This document shows, in pieces, positions 1 to 10,573 of a stretch of 64,000 nucleotides of DNA. A program made the translations under genes and the position numbers. Numbering within the stretch: the first letter of the stretch is position 1; each line of letters begins with the position of its first letter. The notes under the pieces were generated by a model, which worked only from the letters and a program-made list of their open reading frames with translations, ran no database searches and was not told the DNA's origin. The DNA is from a virus: IMG/VR virus record IMGVR_UViG_3300043570_001741, positions 1 to 64,000 of that record; one strand, given 5' to 3'.

Positions 1-2
1 CG

Positions 3-92
3 TTTGAAGATGTGGTTGACAATGCAAGAATTGAATCTGAAGCTGATGGAATTATAGACTTCACAGAACATAATCCTTTTGGTGAACCATAA
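3..92 (+). CDS. gp14: C-terminal end of neck protein gp14 (partial)
   Basis: Reads FEDVVDNARIESEADGIIDFTEHNPFGEP*; the DFxExNPFG C-terminus is typical of T4-like gp14, and it lies upstream of gp15. Confidence 0.8.
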   Translation, partial: FEDVVDNARIESEADGIIDFTEHNPFGEP

Positions 93-103
93 GGAGTTTT
101 AAT

Positions 104-832
104 ATGGGTGTTGGATATAATCCAAAAATAGTAAAGAGTGGATTGATGCTTCATCTTGATGCTGCTAACTTACGATCCTATCCCGGATCAGGTAACACAT
201 GGTTTGATATAAGCGGCAATGGTCGTAACGCTACGTTACTTAACGGAGTAGCGTATAGCTCAGAAAAAAGTGGTTGTTTAGATTTTAACAGAACAACCGA
301 TAGTTATGCTACGATTCCTCATGATGCAGCAATCTCAAGCCAAGTGTTTGGAGCTTCAACAACATTCACCCTAAGTGGATGGTTTGTTGTAGATGAATAT
401 GTAGATTATGCTACACTCATACAAAAAGCAAATGGAGGGTCGTATTCAAATTCCACCAATGGCATTTGGATGGAGGCAACAAATGAAATTCTAGGAATAT
501 CAGCATCCAACGTTGGTAGTAATCCAGCCGGAAGCACTGCAAGAGTATATTACAATGCTACTCCAGGGCAATGGTATAACGTTGTGTGGACTGGAGATGG
601 AACAACCGCAAGCTTGTATATAAATGGAGTTTTTATAAATTCTATTTTATTTTCTTCTTTAACAGTGGCCAGAAGTGAGAATAGTTCTCCCATTACAATA
701 GGAACTAGATCCACCATTAGTACGCCTGAGTTAGATGGTAGGATTGCAGTAGTCACAGCTTATAATATAGGATTTACTCAAAATCAAGTGTCACAGAATT
801 TTAATGCTATGCGTGGAAGGTTTAACATATAA
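104..832 (+). CDS. LamG/concanavalin A-like lectin domain protein (paralog 1)
   Basis: GLxLxLDAAN..SYPGSGNTWxD N-terminus, WYNVVWT..LYING beta-sandwich motif, QNFNAMRGRF end. Confidence 0.85.
   Translation: MGVGYNPKIVKSGLMLHLDAANLRSYPGSGNTWFDISGNGRNATLLNGVAYSSEKSGCLDFNRTTDSYATIPHDAAISSQVFGASTTFTLSGWFVVDEYVDYATLIQKANGGSYSNSTNGIWMEATNEILGISASNVGSNPAGSTARVYYNATPGQWYNVVWTGDGTTASLYINGVFINSILFSSLTVARSENSSPITIGTRSTISTPELDGRIAVVTAYNIGFTQNQVSQNFNAMRGRFNI
794..826 (+). repeat. 33-bp direct repeat, copy 1 (copy 2 at 1483-1515)
   Basis: CAGAATTTTAATGCTATGCGTGGAAGGTTTAAC is identical at the 3' ends of LamG paralogs 1 and 2. Confidence 0.9.
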
Positions 833-1521
833 TGGCATTAGCACATTCACCCTCAATCACAACTAAGGGTTTAGTATTATATTTGGATGCGGCTAATTCC
901 AAAAGTTATTCTGGAACAGGTAACACGTGGACTGATATGATTGGTGGCGGATCTTCTGTCGCTACCAACGGTCCTCAATTCAGTAGTAATAATGGTGGCT
1001 ATTTTAATATGGCTTCTGCGAGCTCGCAGTTTTTTCAGCATCCTGTTTATAGTGCGCTAAATATTACAAACAACCTTACATTAGAAGCATGGGTATATCC
1101 AACTACATGGAATAACATTGGGGGTGTGCTAACATACGGTACTGATGCTGCCGAACAATATGCATTATGGACCTCAAGTGGTAACCAGTTCGTATTCAGT
1201 AGTAACTGGCCAGGAACGTGGTATCAACTTTACAATGGATCTACTCTTAGTGCAGGAAATTGGTATCATGTGGTTGTTACGTTTGCTAGCGGTACAGCAA
1301 AAATGTATATCAATGGTGTGCTTGTAAATAGCACGAATGCATTTGGAATAACTACATTGCCGGCCGTTGCTAGTGCCTACCTAACAATTGGTAACAACCA
1401 TCCTGGTGGTGATGAAATGTTAAATGGTAGAGTTGGACTTACTAGAATCTACAATAGAGAATTATCATTACAAGAAGTTCAGCAGAATTTTAATGCTATG
1501 CGTGGAAGGTTTAACGTATGA
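832..1521 (+). CDS. LamG/concanavalin A-like lectin domain protein (paralog 2)
   Basis: Same family motifs (LVLYLDAAN, TLEAWV, WYHVVVT, MYING); translationally coupled to paralog 1. Confidence 0.85.
   Translation: MALAHSPSITTKGLVLYLDAANSKSYSGTGNTWTDMIGGGSSVATNGPQFSSNNGGYFNMASASSQFFQHPVYSALNITNNLTLEAWVYPTTWNNIGGVLTYGTDAAEQYALWTSSGNQFVFSSNWPGTWYQLYNGSTLSAGNWYHVVVTFASGTAKMYINGVLVNSTNAFGITTLPAVASAYLTIGNNHPGGDEMLNGRVGLTRIYNRELSLQEVQQNFNAMRGRFNV
1483..1515 (+). repeat. 33-bp direct repeat, copy 2
   Basis: Identical to 794-826. Confidence 0.9.
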
Positions 1522-2234
1522 GTGTACAATCAGGACCTAATGGCATCGAGAGTGGGTTAGTATTTTACCTAGATGCGGCTAATAGTAAGAGTTTTGCCAA
1601 TACTGGAAATACTTGGACCGACATGAGTGGCCTTGGAAATAATGGTACATTAGTAGGTGGTGCAGCTTATAACTCTGGTAATGCAGGCACGTTTTCTTTT
1701 GATGGAGTAAATGATTGTGTGAATTGTGGGAATGCAGCATCTTTAGACATTAGACGGACTATGACTTTAGAAGCATGGTTTAAAGTAAATTCCTTTAGTT
1801 TTTCTAGCGGGTGGAGCAATATTATCAATAAAATGAATGCGGCTGGAGACCAAAATACAAGAACGTATGCTGCATGGTTAAATTCATCACAATATGTCCA
1901 CCTTACAACAGCAGATTCTACTGGCCAAGAAGCCTTTAATACATCAGCCATTCTTGTTGCTAATCGATGGCATCATTGGGTAGGAATAATTGATAGAACA
2001 AATGGAAATGTTTTTCAATACATTGATGGCAATTTAAATACTAATGGCAGCGGTACTGTGAGAACAACCGATACTGTAACTCATTCCAATCCATTGTTTT
2101 TAAATATTCCAACGGGTAGTTGGGCTAATCACTTTCCAGGAAATATTGCAATTGCTAAAGTGTATAACCGTTGCTTAACCGCAAGTGAGGTTGTTCAAAA
2201 CTTTGCTGCTCACAGGGGTCGGTTTGGAATATAA
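1518..2234 (+). CDS. LamG/concanavalin A-like lectin domain protein (paralog 3)
   Basis: LVFYLDAAN, FDGVND, TLEAWF, WHHWVG, YIDG motifs; ATGA overlap. Confidence 0.85.
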   Translation: MSVQSGPNGIESGLVFYLDAANSKSFANTGNTWTDMSGLGNNGTLVGGAAYNSGNAGTFSFDGVNDCVNCGNAASLDIRRTMTLEAWFKVNSFSFSSGWSNIINKMNAAGDQNTRTYAAWLNSSQYVHLTTADSTGQEAFNTSAILVANRWHHWVGIIDRTNGNVFQYIDGNLNTNGSGTVRTTDTVTHSNPLFLNIPTGSWANHFPGNIAIAKVYNRCLTASEVVQNFAAHRGRFGI

Positions 2235-2247
2235 TAAATAAGCGACT

Positions 2248-3279
2248 ATGCTAGGAAACCAACACTTTTACAACAGAACCATACGTAAAATCGTAGTGGC
2301 TTTTGGCACTTTGTTTAATGACATTCAAATTGTTCGTTACAACAAAGACGTTAATCAATCTTATGAGACATATAAAGTACCTCTTTCATATGGACCAAAA
2401 GAACAATACATCACACGTATTACAAGTGACCCCGATTTAACAAGGTCTATTGCCACTCATGTGCCACGCATTTCATTTGAGATGACTGGTATGGCATATG
2501 ACTCAAGTAGAAAAAAAGTATCTACGTTACAGAATTTTGCTCTTGATGCTAACAATGGCCTAAAGACACAATATGCACCTGTACCATATGACTATGAGTT
2601 TTCTTTATCAATCTATGTGCGAAACACAGAAGATGGTACACAAATCATAGAACAGATTTTGCCATTCTTTACACCTGATTTTAATGTTACAGTTGATTTT
2701 ATTCCTGGCATGAATCAGAAGTATGACCTTCCAATTAAATTAGAGTCAGTAGCTACTAACGTTGAATATGAAGGTGACTTTTCTACAACCAGATTGATTG
2801 TTTGGGACTTGACATTCACAGTCAAAGGTTACATTTGGCCACCAGTCAAATCTGGTGGTGGTTTAATTGGTGCCTACAGTACAACTGCTAGTGCATATGG
2901 TTACACAAAGACTAATATCTTTATCGATACACAAGGCCGTGATGCTCAACGAATGTATGTTGACTATGCCAATGGTAACAATGTGTTCACCACAGGCGAA
3001 ACAATCAGAGTTGAAAATAAAGACGTTACTGGTAAGGTTGTTTACTTCAGTAACACAGAAAACGGTGTTCTAGTCCTTGGCGAACTAAGTAGTTTGGTAA
3101 CTGCTAACGACTTTGTTCTTGGTGATTACACCAATTCAAGGTACAAAGTAATCAGTTTAGATTTGACGCCGTTGAATGCAGCTGAGGTTATTGTTAGACC
3201 TGATCCTGCTAATACAGCACCAGATGACCAATTTGGATTTATTGATGAAATTACTGAATGGCCTGACACATTGATATGA
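2248..3279 (+). CDS. gp15: Tail sheath stabilizer/completion protein
   Basis: HFYNRTIRKIVVAFGTLFNDI, VPLSYGPKE, QIIEQILPFFTP motifs; synteny. Confidence 0.92.
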   Translation: MLGNQHFYNRTIRKIVVAFGTLFNDIQIVRYNKDVNQSYETYKVPLSYGPKEQYITRITSDPDLTRSIATHVPRISFEMTGMAYDSSRKKVSTLQNFALDANNGLKTQYAPVPYDYEFSLSIYVRNTEDGTQIIEQILPFFTPDFNVTVDFIPGMNQKYDLPIKLESVATNVEYEGDFSTTRLIVWDLTFTVKGYIWPPVKSGGGLIGAYSTTASAYGYTKTNIFIDTQGRDAQRMYVDYANGNNVFTTGETIRVENKDVTGKVVYFSNTENGVLVLGELSSLVTANDFVLGDYTNSRYKVISLDLTPLNAAEVIVRPDPANTAPDDQFGFIDEITEWPDTLI

Positions 3280-3668
3280 AAAAACTAAATGAAACTTTAT
3301 CGGAGGTTTTAGATTTAGAACCTATCGAAACAATTGCAACAGAGATTGTACCAGTTACAAACACTGTGGTAAATGATGATGCTGATTTTGCTAGACAAAA
3401 TATCCGTGAGTTGATTGAAAAGGGTAATTTAGCAGTTGATGGCATTCTGAATGTTGCCAAAGAGTCAGAACATCCAAGGGCATATGAAGTTGCCGCCAAT
3501 TTGATTAAGAACCTATCAGACTTGAATAAAGATTTGATGGAGATTCAGAAGCGCAAAAAAGATTTAGACCCACAGGCCGCTAAAAGAAGTGGTGATGTGA
3601 ATGTAGATAAGGCAGTATTTGTTGGTTCAACCACAGAACTGGTCAAGTTTTTAAAGAACAATAAATAA
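3276..3668 (+). CDS. gp16: Terminase small subunit
   Basis: D..ARQN, SEHPRAYEV, VFVGSTTEL motifs. Confidence 0.93.
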   Translation: MKKLNETLSEVLDLEPIETIATEIVPVTNTVVNDDADFARQNIRELIEKGNLAVDGILNVAKESEHPRAYEVAANLIKNLSDLNKDLMEIQKRKKDLDPQAAKRSGDVNVDKAVFVGSTTELVKFLKNNK

Positions 3669-3675
3669 GGATACT

Positions 3676-4110
3676 ATGGAACAATTAATCGAACAACTAA
3701 AAGTTATTCTAGGCACCAACTTTGGCCTGTATTTGAAAGCACACAACTATCATTGGAATGTTGAAGGTAATGATTTTCCACAATTCCATGGTTTTCTTGA
3801 TACATTTTATACTGAAGTGTTTGCTCAGAATGATCCGATTGCCGAACACATTCGTTATTTAAATGCATATGCACCAGGTTCTTTCAGTAGATTCTTAGAA
3901 CTATCTGCTGTAGAAGAAGCAACTACTGTGCCTGATGCATTGACCATGATGACCACTTTAAAGATGGATAATGATAGATACATTATGCAACTTCGTGCAG
4001 GTATTGTTTTGGCAGATGAGGCTGGTGAACCTGCGGTTGGCAACTTCTTGCAAGACCTATTAGGTGCTCATCAGAAGAAATCATGGATGCTTCGTAGTAT
4101 CACGAAATAA
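3676..4110 (+). CDS. dps: Dps family ferritin-like DNA-protection protein
   Basis: KAHNYHWNVEG..F.QFH, D.IAEHIR ferroxidase motifs, H.K..WMLRS end. Confidence 0.9.
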   Translation: MEQLIEQLKVILGTNFGLYLKAHNYHWNVEGNDFPQFHGFLDTFYTEVFAQNDPIAEHIRYLNAYAPGSFSRFLELSAVEEATTVPDALTMMTTLKMDNDRYIMQLRAGIVLADEAGEPAVGNFLQDLLGAHQKKSWMLRSITK

Positions 4111-4112
4111 TT

Positions 4113-4691
4113 ATGGATTTATATTATGTATATCAACATACTCGATTAGATGAAAATCTGATATTTTATGTTGGCAAAGGAAAAAATAATAGGCATTCCG
4201 AAAAAAATAACCGAAATCGATATTGGCACAATGTTGTTAATAAAGCTGGTTTTTCATCTCAAATTTTATATAGTAATTTAGATGAAGAACTTTCTTTGTT
4301 GATAGAAATAGAACTTATTGATAAGTATAAAAAACTTGGTATAAAATTGGTAAATATTACAAGTGGTGGTGAAGGTGTGTCTGGATTAAAACACACACCT
4401 GATTCTAAAAAGAAAATGTCAGAAAAAGCAAAAGGTAAAATAATTACCAATGATACAAGAATAAAATTATCTAAAGCATTAATTGGTATTAAAAGAAAAC
4501 CTTTTACGGCCGAACATAAAGCTAAAATTTCTGAAGCTTCAAAAAAACAAAAACGTACCATTACAGAAGAAACAAAAACAAAAATATCAAAATCCAACTC
4601 AGGTAAAAAAAGAACTTTAGAACAAAAATTAAAAATTTCTGAAGCAACAAAATTAGCTTACCAAAAAAGAATGGGTTTAAATAATGGTTGA
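4113..4691 (+). mobile_element. Free-standing GIY-YIG homing endonuclease with NUMOD3 repeats
   Basis: YYVYQH..IFYVGKG, E..LI, N.TSGGEG followed by repeated HT/S.E.K.KIS modules; AT-rich; abuts gp17. Confidence 0.85.
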
Positions 4692-6312
4692 TGCTGGCGG
4701 GTATCTGGGAAATTCCAACCTCAAAAGGACAGGCGTTGAACTGTCCTATACTGAGGAACAAGTTGCTGAAATTATAAAATGTACTGAAGACCCGGTCTAC
4801 TTCATTAAGACTTATGTTAAGATTGTTAACGTTGACCGTGGTTTAATTCCATTTGAGATGTGGCCGTTCCAAGAGGACATGGTCAGAACATTTCACAACA
4901 ATCGTTTTTGTATTGCAAAGATGCCTCGACAGGTTGGTAAAACAACTACAACTGTCGGTTATATGCTTTGGTCAGTTTTGTTCCAAGATGACTACAGTAT
5001 TGCCATTTTGGCCAACAAAGGTTCTCTTGCTCGTGACATTCTAGGCCGCATTCAATATGCGTATGAGTATTTGCCTCTATGGTTGCAACAAGGTATTATT
5101 GTTTGGAACAAAGGTAACATTGAACTAGAAAACAAATCTAAGATTGCTGCATTTGCAACATCAGCATCTGGTGTTCGTGGAGGCTCATACAACTTAATTT
5201 TCTTGGACGAATTTGCTTTCGTTCCTAAGAATATGGCTGATGAGTTCTTTACATCTACCTACCCTGTGATTTCATCTGGTAAAACGACAAAAGTTATTAT
5301 CGTTTCTACACCTTATGGTTTGAACCACTTCTATAAGATGTGGGTAGATGCTGAAGAAGGCCGTTCAACTTACAAACCACTTGAAGTCCATTGGTCACAA
5401 GTACCTGGCCGAGATGCGGCATGGAAAGAAGAAACTGTCCGTAACACCTCTGAAGAACAATTCAGACAAGAGTTTGAAACAGAGTTTATTGGTTCATCTG
5501 CAACTCTCATCTCTGGTTCTAAACTCCGTTCTATGGCGTTCTTTAACCCTATTCACCAAGAAGAAGGTTTGGACATATATGTACAACCAAAACCAGGTCG
5601 AATGTACATCGGTACAGTTGACTGTTCGGAGGGTGTTGAACAAGACTATTCTACCATTAATATTATTGATGTAACTGAGGTGCCTTATAAACAGGTTGCT
5701 AAATACCGCAATAACAAGTTGCCTCTGTTGTTCTTTCCAACTATCATTTATTCGCTATGTAAGAAGTATAATGAAGCATATGCTCTCATCGAAACGAATA
5801 ACGTGGGCCAGCAGGTCGTGGACATTCTCCATTACGATTTGGAGTATGAGAACATATATAAGCTAGAACACCACCACATCAAAGGGCAGGCAATTTCAGG
5901 TGGATTTAAACGTTCAACCTCTTTCGGTATTAAAACAACCAAGACAGTTAAGAAAATTGGTTGTGCCAACTTGAAGACTTTAATTGAAGGTGACAAACTG
6001 ATTGTCAATGACTTTGATACTATTGCAGAGCTTAATACCTTTGTCAGAGTTCGAGACAGTTATGAGGCAGAAGAAGGCAATAATGATGACTTGGCTATGG
6101 GGCTGGTACTATTTGCGTGGTTGGCTGCACAAAATTATTTCAAAGAAGCCACTAACATTGATATCCGTAGATACATGTTAGAGGAAAGAAATATGCTTGT
6201 GGAAGAAGATTTGGTACCAGTGGGAATTATTGATGATGGTCGCAAAGAAGAATATGTGCATGATGGTGCAGATGTTTGGTCAGAAAAAGGCTATCTATCC
6301 TCAAGATTCTAA
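4684..6312 (+). CDS. gp17: Terminase large subunit
   Basis: YLGNSNLK, PRQVGKTT Walker A, IFLDEFAF Walker B, NDDLAM nuclease motif. Confidence 0.97.
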   Translation: MVDAGGYLGNSNLKRTGVELSYTEEQVAEIIKCTEDPVYFIKTYVKIVNVDRGLIPFEMWPFQEDMVRTFHNNRFCIAKMPRQVGKTTTTVGYMLWSVLFQDDYSIAILANKGSLARDILGRIQYAYEYLPLWLQQGIIVWNKGNIELENKSKIAAFATSASGVRGGSYNLIFLDEFAFVPKNMADEFFTSTYPVISSGKTTKVIIVSTPYGLNHFYKMWVDAEEGRSTYKPLEVHWSQVPGRDAAWKEETVRNTSEEQFRQEFETEFIGSSATLISGSKLRSMAFFNPIHQEEGLDIYVQPKPGRMYIGTVDCSEGVEQDYSTINIIDVTEVPYKQVAKYRNNKLPLLFFPTIIYSLCKKYNEAYALIETNNVGQQVVDILHYDLEYENIYKLEHHHIKGQAISGGFKRSTSFGIKTTKTVKKIGCANLKTLIEGDKLIVNDFDTIAELNTFVRVRDSYEAEEGNNDDLAMGLVLFAWLAAQNYFKEATNIDIRRYMLEERNMLVEEDLVPVGIIDDGRKEEYVHDGADVWSEKGYLSSRF

Positions 6313-6335
6313 AAAACTAAATACTACATTAAGTA

Positions 6336-6343
6336 TATAAATA
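6336..6343 (+). promoter_or_regulatory. T4-type late promoter TATAAATA upstream of gp18
   Basis: Exact T4 late consensus; gp55 is encoded in the window. Confidence 0.8.
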
Positions 6344-6374
6344 CAATTGACCCAATAACAAAAAGGAGAAATCC

Positions 6375-8297
6375 ATGGCATTTCAGCTATCACCTGGGGT
6401 AAATGTGTCAGAAATCGACCTGACAACAGTAGTCCCATCAGTAGCCACATCAGTTGGCGCATTTGCAGGTCCGTTTTCGTGGGGTCCAGTCGGTGAAGTC
6501 GTTACCATTTCGGATGAGGTTCGCCTCGTTGAACGATTTGGTAAACCAGACAGTACAAATTATGAAAACTGGTTCTCAGCCGCAAACTTTCTTGCATATT
6601 CTAATAATCTTAAAGTTGTCCGTGCTTCTGGCACTGGTACATTAAACGCTTCTGCTAACGGCGCTGGCGTATTGATTAAAAATGAAGACGATTATACAGA
6701 CAATTATTCTACAGCAAACACATCACTTGGACCAGTAGCAGCACGTTATGCTGGTGCATTTGGTAACAGTCTTCGTGTTTCTATTTGCCCATCACCTGCG
6801 GCATTTTCTTCTAACTTGACCGTTACAGACTCTATGAGAGCTAACGCTCTTAACACTTTGGTTGATAACCAATTTGTTATTAATGTTAATGGTACTGCTA
6901 ACGCAGCTGCAAACGTTCAAGCTGGTGACCAAATTTCAGTTGATGCTGGAGTATCTTATATTCGTGTTGCTTCTGTTAATGCAACTGCGATTGTTGTTGC
7001 ATCTGCTTTGACTGCTAACGTTGCCGTTAATACTGCTATTCTTCGTAGATGGCAATATGCTGACCAGTTTGGTGTTGCACCAGGTACTTCTGACTACGCT
7101 ACAGCAGCCGGTGGTTCTAATGACGAATTGCACGTTATTGTTGTTGATGAAGATGGTAAGTTCTCTAATGGTATTGCTAATACAGTCCTTGAGAAGTTTG
7201 GTTTTGTTTCTAAAGCATCTGATGCTAAGACAAACGATGGTTCTTCCAACTACTATGTTAACGCATTGAATGACCGTTCACGTTATGTATGGTGGACTTC
7301 ACATATTTCTGGTAACTCAAGTTGGGGTAGCGCTGCTGCAGGCACAACATTTGATGCCGCAAACGGTACAAGAAACCCAGTTTATGCTTCTCTTGCAGGT
7401 GGTGCTGATGGTACTATTACTGCTGCTAGTACAATTACTGCATACGGACTGTTTGTTAATCCAGATTCCGTTGATATTTCATTAGTTGTTTCTGGTAGTG
7501 CTGATGCTACTGTTGAGGCATACTTGATTTCAAGTCTTGCTGAAGTGCGTAAAGACTGCTTGGTGTTCTTGTCACCATCTAAAGCTTCTGTTGTAGATAA
7601 CGCTGGTTCAGAATTGACTTCAGTAATTGCTTACCGTGATGCATTGACTTCAACTTCATATGCAGTTATGGACTCTGGTTACAAATACCAATTCGACAAG
7701 TACAATGACGTATACCGCTGGGTTCCATTGAATGGTGACATTGCAGGTATCTGTGCTCGTACAGACCTAGAGCGTGACCCATGGTTCTCTCCAGGTGGTG
7801 TTAACCGTGGTATCGTTAAGAACGTTATCAAATTGGCATGGAATCCAACTAAGGCTGAACGTGATAGCTTGTATGTTAAAGGCGTTAACCCAGTTGTTAC
7901 ATTCCCAGGTGAAGGTACTATCTTGTTTGGTGACAAGACAATGTTGGCTCGTCCATCAGTATTTGACCGAATCAATGTTCGCCGTTTGTTCGTTGTGCTT
8001 GAAAAGTCTATTGCTCGTGCAGCTCGTTCTTCAATGTTCGAATTCAACGACCAATTCACAAGAGCTCAGTTTGTAAACTTGGTTGAACCATACCTCCGTG
8101 ATATTCAGGGTCGCCGTGGTATTACTGACTTCCGTGTTGTTTGTGATGAAACAAATAACACAGCAAACGTAATTGATTCAAACCAATTCGTTGGCGATAT
8201 CTATATTAAACCTGCCCGTTCAATTAACTTTATTCAACTTAACTTTGTTGCAGTTCGCACAGGCGTTACATTTGAAGAAGTTGTTGGCCGCTTCTAA
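6375..8297 (+). CDS. gp18: Tail sheath protein
   Basis: MAFQLSPGV..EID, WFSPGG, RINVRRLF, FEFND motifs. Confidence 0.97.
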   Translation: MAFQLSPGVNVSEIDLTTVVPSVATSVGAFAGPFSWGPVGEVVTISDEVRLVERFGKPDSTNYENWFSAANFLAYSNNLKVVRASGTGTLNASANGAGVLIKNEDDYTDNYSTANTSLGPVAARYAGAFGNSLRVSICPSPAAFSSNLTVTDSMRANALNTLVDNQFVINVNGTANAAANVQAGDQISVDAGVSYIRVASVNATAIVVASALTANVAVNTAILRRWQYADQFGVAPGTSDYATAAGGSNDELHVIVVDEDGKFSNGIANTVLEKFGFVSKASDAKTNDGSSNYYVNALNDRSRYVWWTSHISGNSSWGSAAAGTTFDAANGTRNPVYASLAGGADGTITAASTITAYGLFVNPDSVDISLVVSGSADATVEAYLISSLAEVRKDCLVFLSPSKASVVDNAGSELTSVIAYRDALTSTSYAVMDSGYKYQFDKYNDVYRWVPLNGDIAGICARTDLERDPWFSPGGVNRGIVKNVIKLAWNPTKAERDSLYVKGVNPVVTFPGEGTILFGDKTMLARPSVFDRINVRRLFVVLEKSIARAARSSMFEFNDQFTRAQFVNLVEPYLRDIQGRRGITDFRVVCDETNNTANVIDSNQFVGDIYIKPARSINFIQLNFVAVRTGVTFEEVVGRF

Positions 8298-8323
8298 TAA
8301 ATAGAGAAACAGGAGAATATTAA

Positions 8324-8869
8324 ATGGCTTTTAATGTAAACGAATTCCGCTCACAGTTAACTGGAGACGGTGCCCGTCCAAATTTATTTGAAGTTTCGTT
8401 GCCGTTCCCTGCGTTCTCTGTTCCAGGAAACGCACAAGCAAAAACAACTTTCATGTGTAAATCAGCACAATTGCCTGGCTCAACGCTAGGTGTTGTGCCT
8501 ATGAATTACTTTGGTAGAGAGTTGAAGTTTGTAGGTAACAGAACTTTCGCAGATTGGACAATCACAATTATCAATGATGAAGATTTCGTCATTCGTAATG
8601 CTTTCGAACGCTGGATGGCTGGTATCAATTCACATGGTACTAATGTCCGTAACCCAGCTGCTTTGACACCAGGCGGTTATACTGTAGATGGTACAGTTAC
8701 ACAGTATGGTAAAAAAGGCGACTCTCTGAAGAAGTACAAGTTTATTGGCTTGTTCCCTTCAGACATTACTCCAATCGATGTTGATTGGGGTTCTAATGAT
8801 ACGATTGAGGAGTTTTCCGTGTCTCTCACCTATCAATGGTGGGAATCAGTATCAGACAATGTGATTTAA
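8324..8869 (+). CDS. gp19: Tail tube protein
   Basis: GARPNLFEV, GRELKFVGNRTF.DW.IT, IEEF.V motifs. Confidence 0.95.
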   Translation: MAFNVNEFRSQLTGDGARPNLFEVSLPFPAFSVPGNAQAKTTFMCKSAQLPGSTLGVVPMNYFGRELKFVGNRTFADWTITIINDEDFVIRNAFERWMAGINSHGTNVRNPAALTPGGYTVDGTVTQYGKKGDSLKKYKFIGLFPSDITPIDVDWGSNDTIEEFSVSLTYQWWESVSDNVI

Positions 8870-8900
8870 GGAGAAGGACTTCGGTCCTTTTCCATTTTTT
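8870..8900 (+). terminator. Rho-independent terminator with C(UUCG)G loop
   Basis: GGAGAAGGAC-TTCG-GTCCTTTTCC followed by a T-run. Confidence 0.85.
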
Positions 8901-8914
8901 AGAATGGATATAAT

Positions 8915-10573
8915 ATGGCAATAAAATTATTCGGGTTTACACTCGGAGAAAAGGACATTGTTCAGGAACAAAAACCTGAACAAGCTTCCTTTACGCTTCC
9001 AACAAGTGCAATGGATGATGGTGCAGTTACCATTACCCAGAATGCTTACTATGGAACATACGTAGATTTAGAAGGTGCAGTTCGTAATGAACTGGAACTA
9101 ATTACCCGCTATCGTGAGATGGCAAACCACCCTGAGTTAGAAATGGCCATTGATGATATCGTCAATGAAGCTATCACTCATGATGTTACTGGTCGTACTG
9201 TTGACATTGTTTTAGATAAACTAAAGCAACCAGAATCAATTAAGAAAAAGATTATTGAAGAATTCAATACTGTTCTTAAACTTTTAAACTTCAATAACCT
9301 TTCTGATGACTTGTTCAAACGTTGGTATATTGATGGTAGAATTTATTACCATGTTGTGGTCGATGAGAGTCAACCTAAACAAGGTATCCAAGAGTTAAGA
9401 TATATTGATCCACGTAAGATTCGTAAAGTACGTGAGATTAAAAAAGATAGAGACCCTAAAACAGGTACTCAAATTATTAAGTCTATTGCCGAATACTATG
9501 TCTATAATGACAAGGGTACTACGACACAACAATATAGCGCACAAGTATCTCAAGGTATTCGTATTGCGCCTGAGTCCATTCTAAATGTGACTTCTGGTTT
9601 GATGGATGCTAAGAATACATTTGTGATTTCTTATTTACATAAGGCTATTAAGCCTCTGAATCAGTTGCGTATGATTGAAGATGCGGTTGTTATTTACCGT
9701 ATTTCAAGAGCACCTGAACGCCGCATTTTCTACATTGACGTTGGTAACTTACCAAAAGGTAAGGCTGAACAATACTTGCGTGATGTTATGGTTAAGTATC
9801 GTAACAAGATGGTGTATGATGCTCAGACTGGTGAGTTGCGTGATGACCGTAAACACATGTCTATGCTTGAAGACTTCTGGTTGCCTCGCCGTGAAGGTGG
9901 TAAAGGTACAGAGATTACTACACTACCTGCTGGCCAAAACCTTGGTGAGTTGGAAGATGTTAAGTATTTCAGACAGAAACTTCTTCAGTCATTGAATGTG
10001 CCTATCAGCCGTTTAGAACCACAACAAGGTGGTATGATTGGTGTTGGTCGTACAACAGAAGTTACCCGTGATGAAGTTAAGTTCACTAAGTTTATTATTA
10101 GATTGCGTAATAAATTCTCTCAAATCTTTGACCATGCTTTGCGAACACAGTTGGTACTGAAAGGTATCTGTACTGCTGACGAATGGGATGAATTCAGAGA
10201 AGTAATCTATTATGATTACAAGAAAGATAATAACTTTACCGAAATGCGTGATGCAGAGTTGTTGCAAACTAGAGTACAACTGTTGCAAGTGGTTGACCCA
10301 TATATTGGTCGTTACTACTCCGCTGATTGGGTTAGAAGAAACATTCTACAAATGTCTGATGAAACCATTGATGAAATGGACAAACAGATTGCTGTAGAAG
10401 AAAAAGATGGAACTGGCGGACCGACAATGCCTATTCCTGGCCAAGAACAACAGGCCACTAATGAAGATTATCCTCCAGAGGATAATACAATTGATGATAA
10501 ATCCGCAGAATCTAAAACACCAACTTTAGATGCTGAAGTGGATAAATTTTCATCGAGACTAAATAGAAAATAA
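8915..10573 (+). CDS. gp20: Portal vertex protein
   Basis: YRISRAPERRIFYIDVGNLP, EDFWLPRREGGKGTEI motifs. Confidence 0.97.
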   Translation: MAIKLFGFTLGEKDIVQEQKPEQASFTLPTSAMDDGAVTITQNAYYGTYVDLEGAVRNELELITRYREMANHPELEMAIDDIVNEAITHDVTGRTVDIVLDKLKQPESIKKKIIEEFNTVLKLLNFNNLSDDLFKRWYIDGRIYYHVVVDESQPKQGIQELRYIDPRKIRKVREIKKDRDPKTGTQIIKSIAEYYVYNDKGTTTQQYSAQVSQGIRIAPESILNVTSGLMDAKNTFVISYLHKAIKPLNQLRMIEDAVVIYRISRAPERRIFYIDVGNLPKGKAEQYLRDVMVKYRNKMVYDAQTGELRDDRKHMSMLEDFWLPRREGGKGTEITTLPAGQNLGELEDVKYFRQKLLQSLNVPISRLEPQQGGMIGVGRTTEVTRDEVKFTKFIIRLRNKFSQIFDHALRTQLVLKGICTADEWDEFREVIYYDYKKDNNFTEMRDAELLQTRVQLLQVVDPYIGRYYSADWVRRNILQMSDETIDEMDKQIAVEEKDGTGGPTMPIPGQEQQATNEDYPPEDNTIDDKSAESKTPTLDAEVDKFSSRLNRK

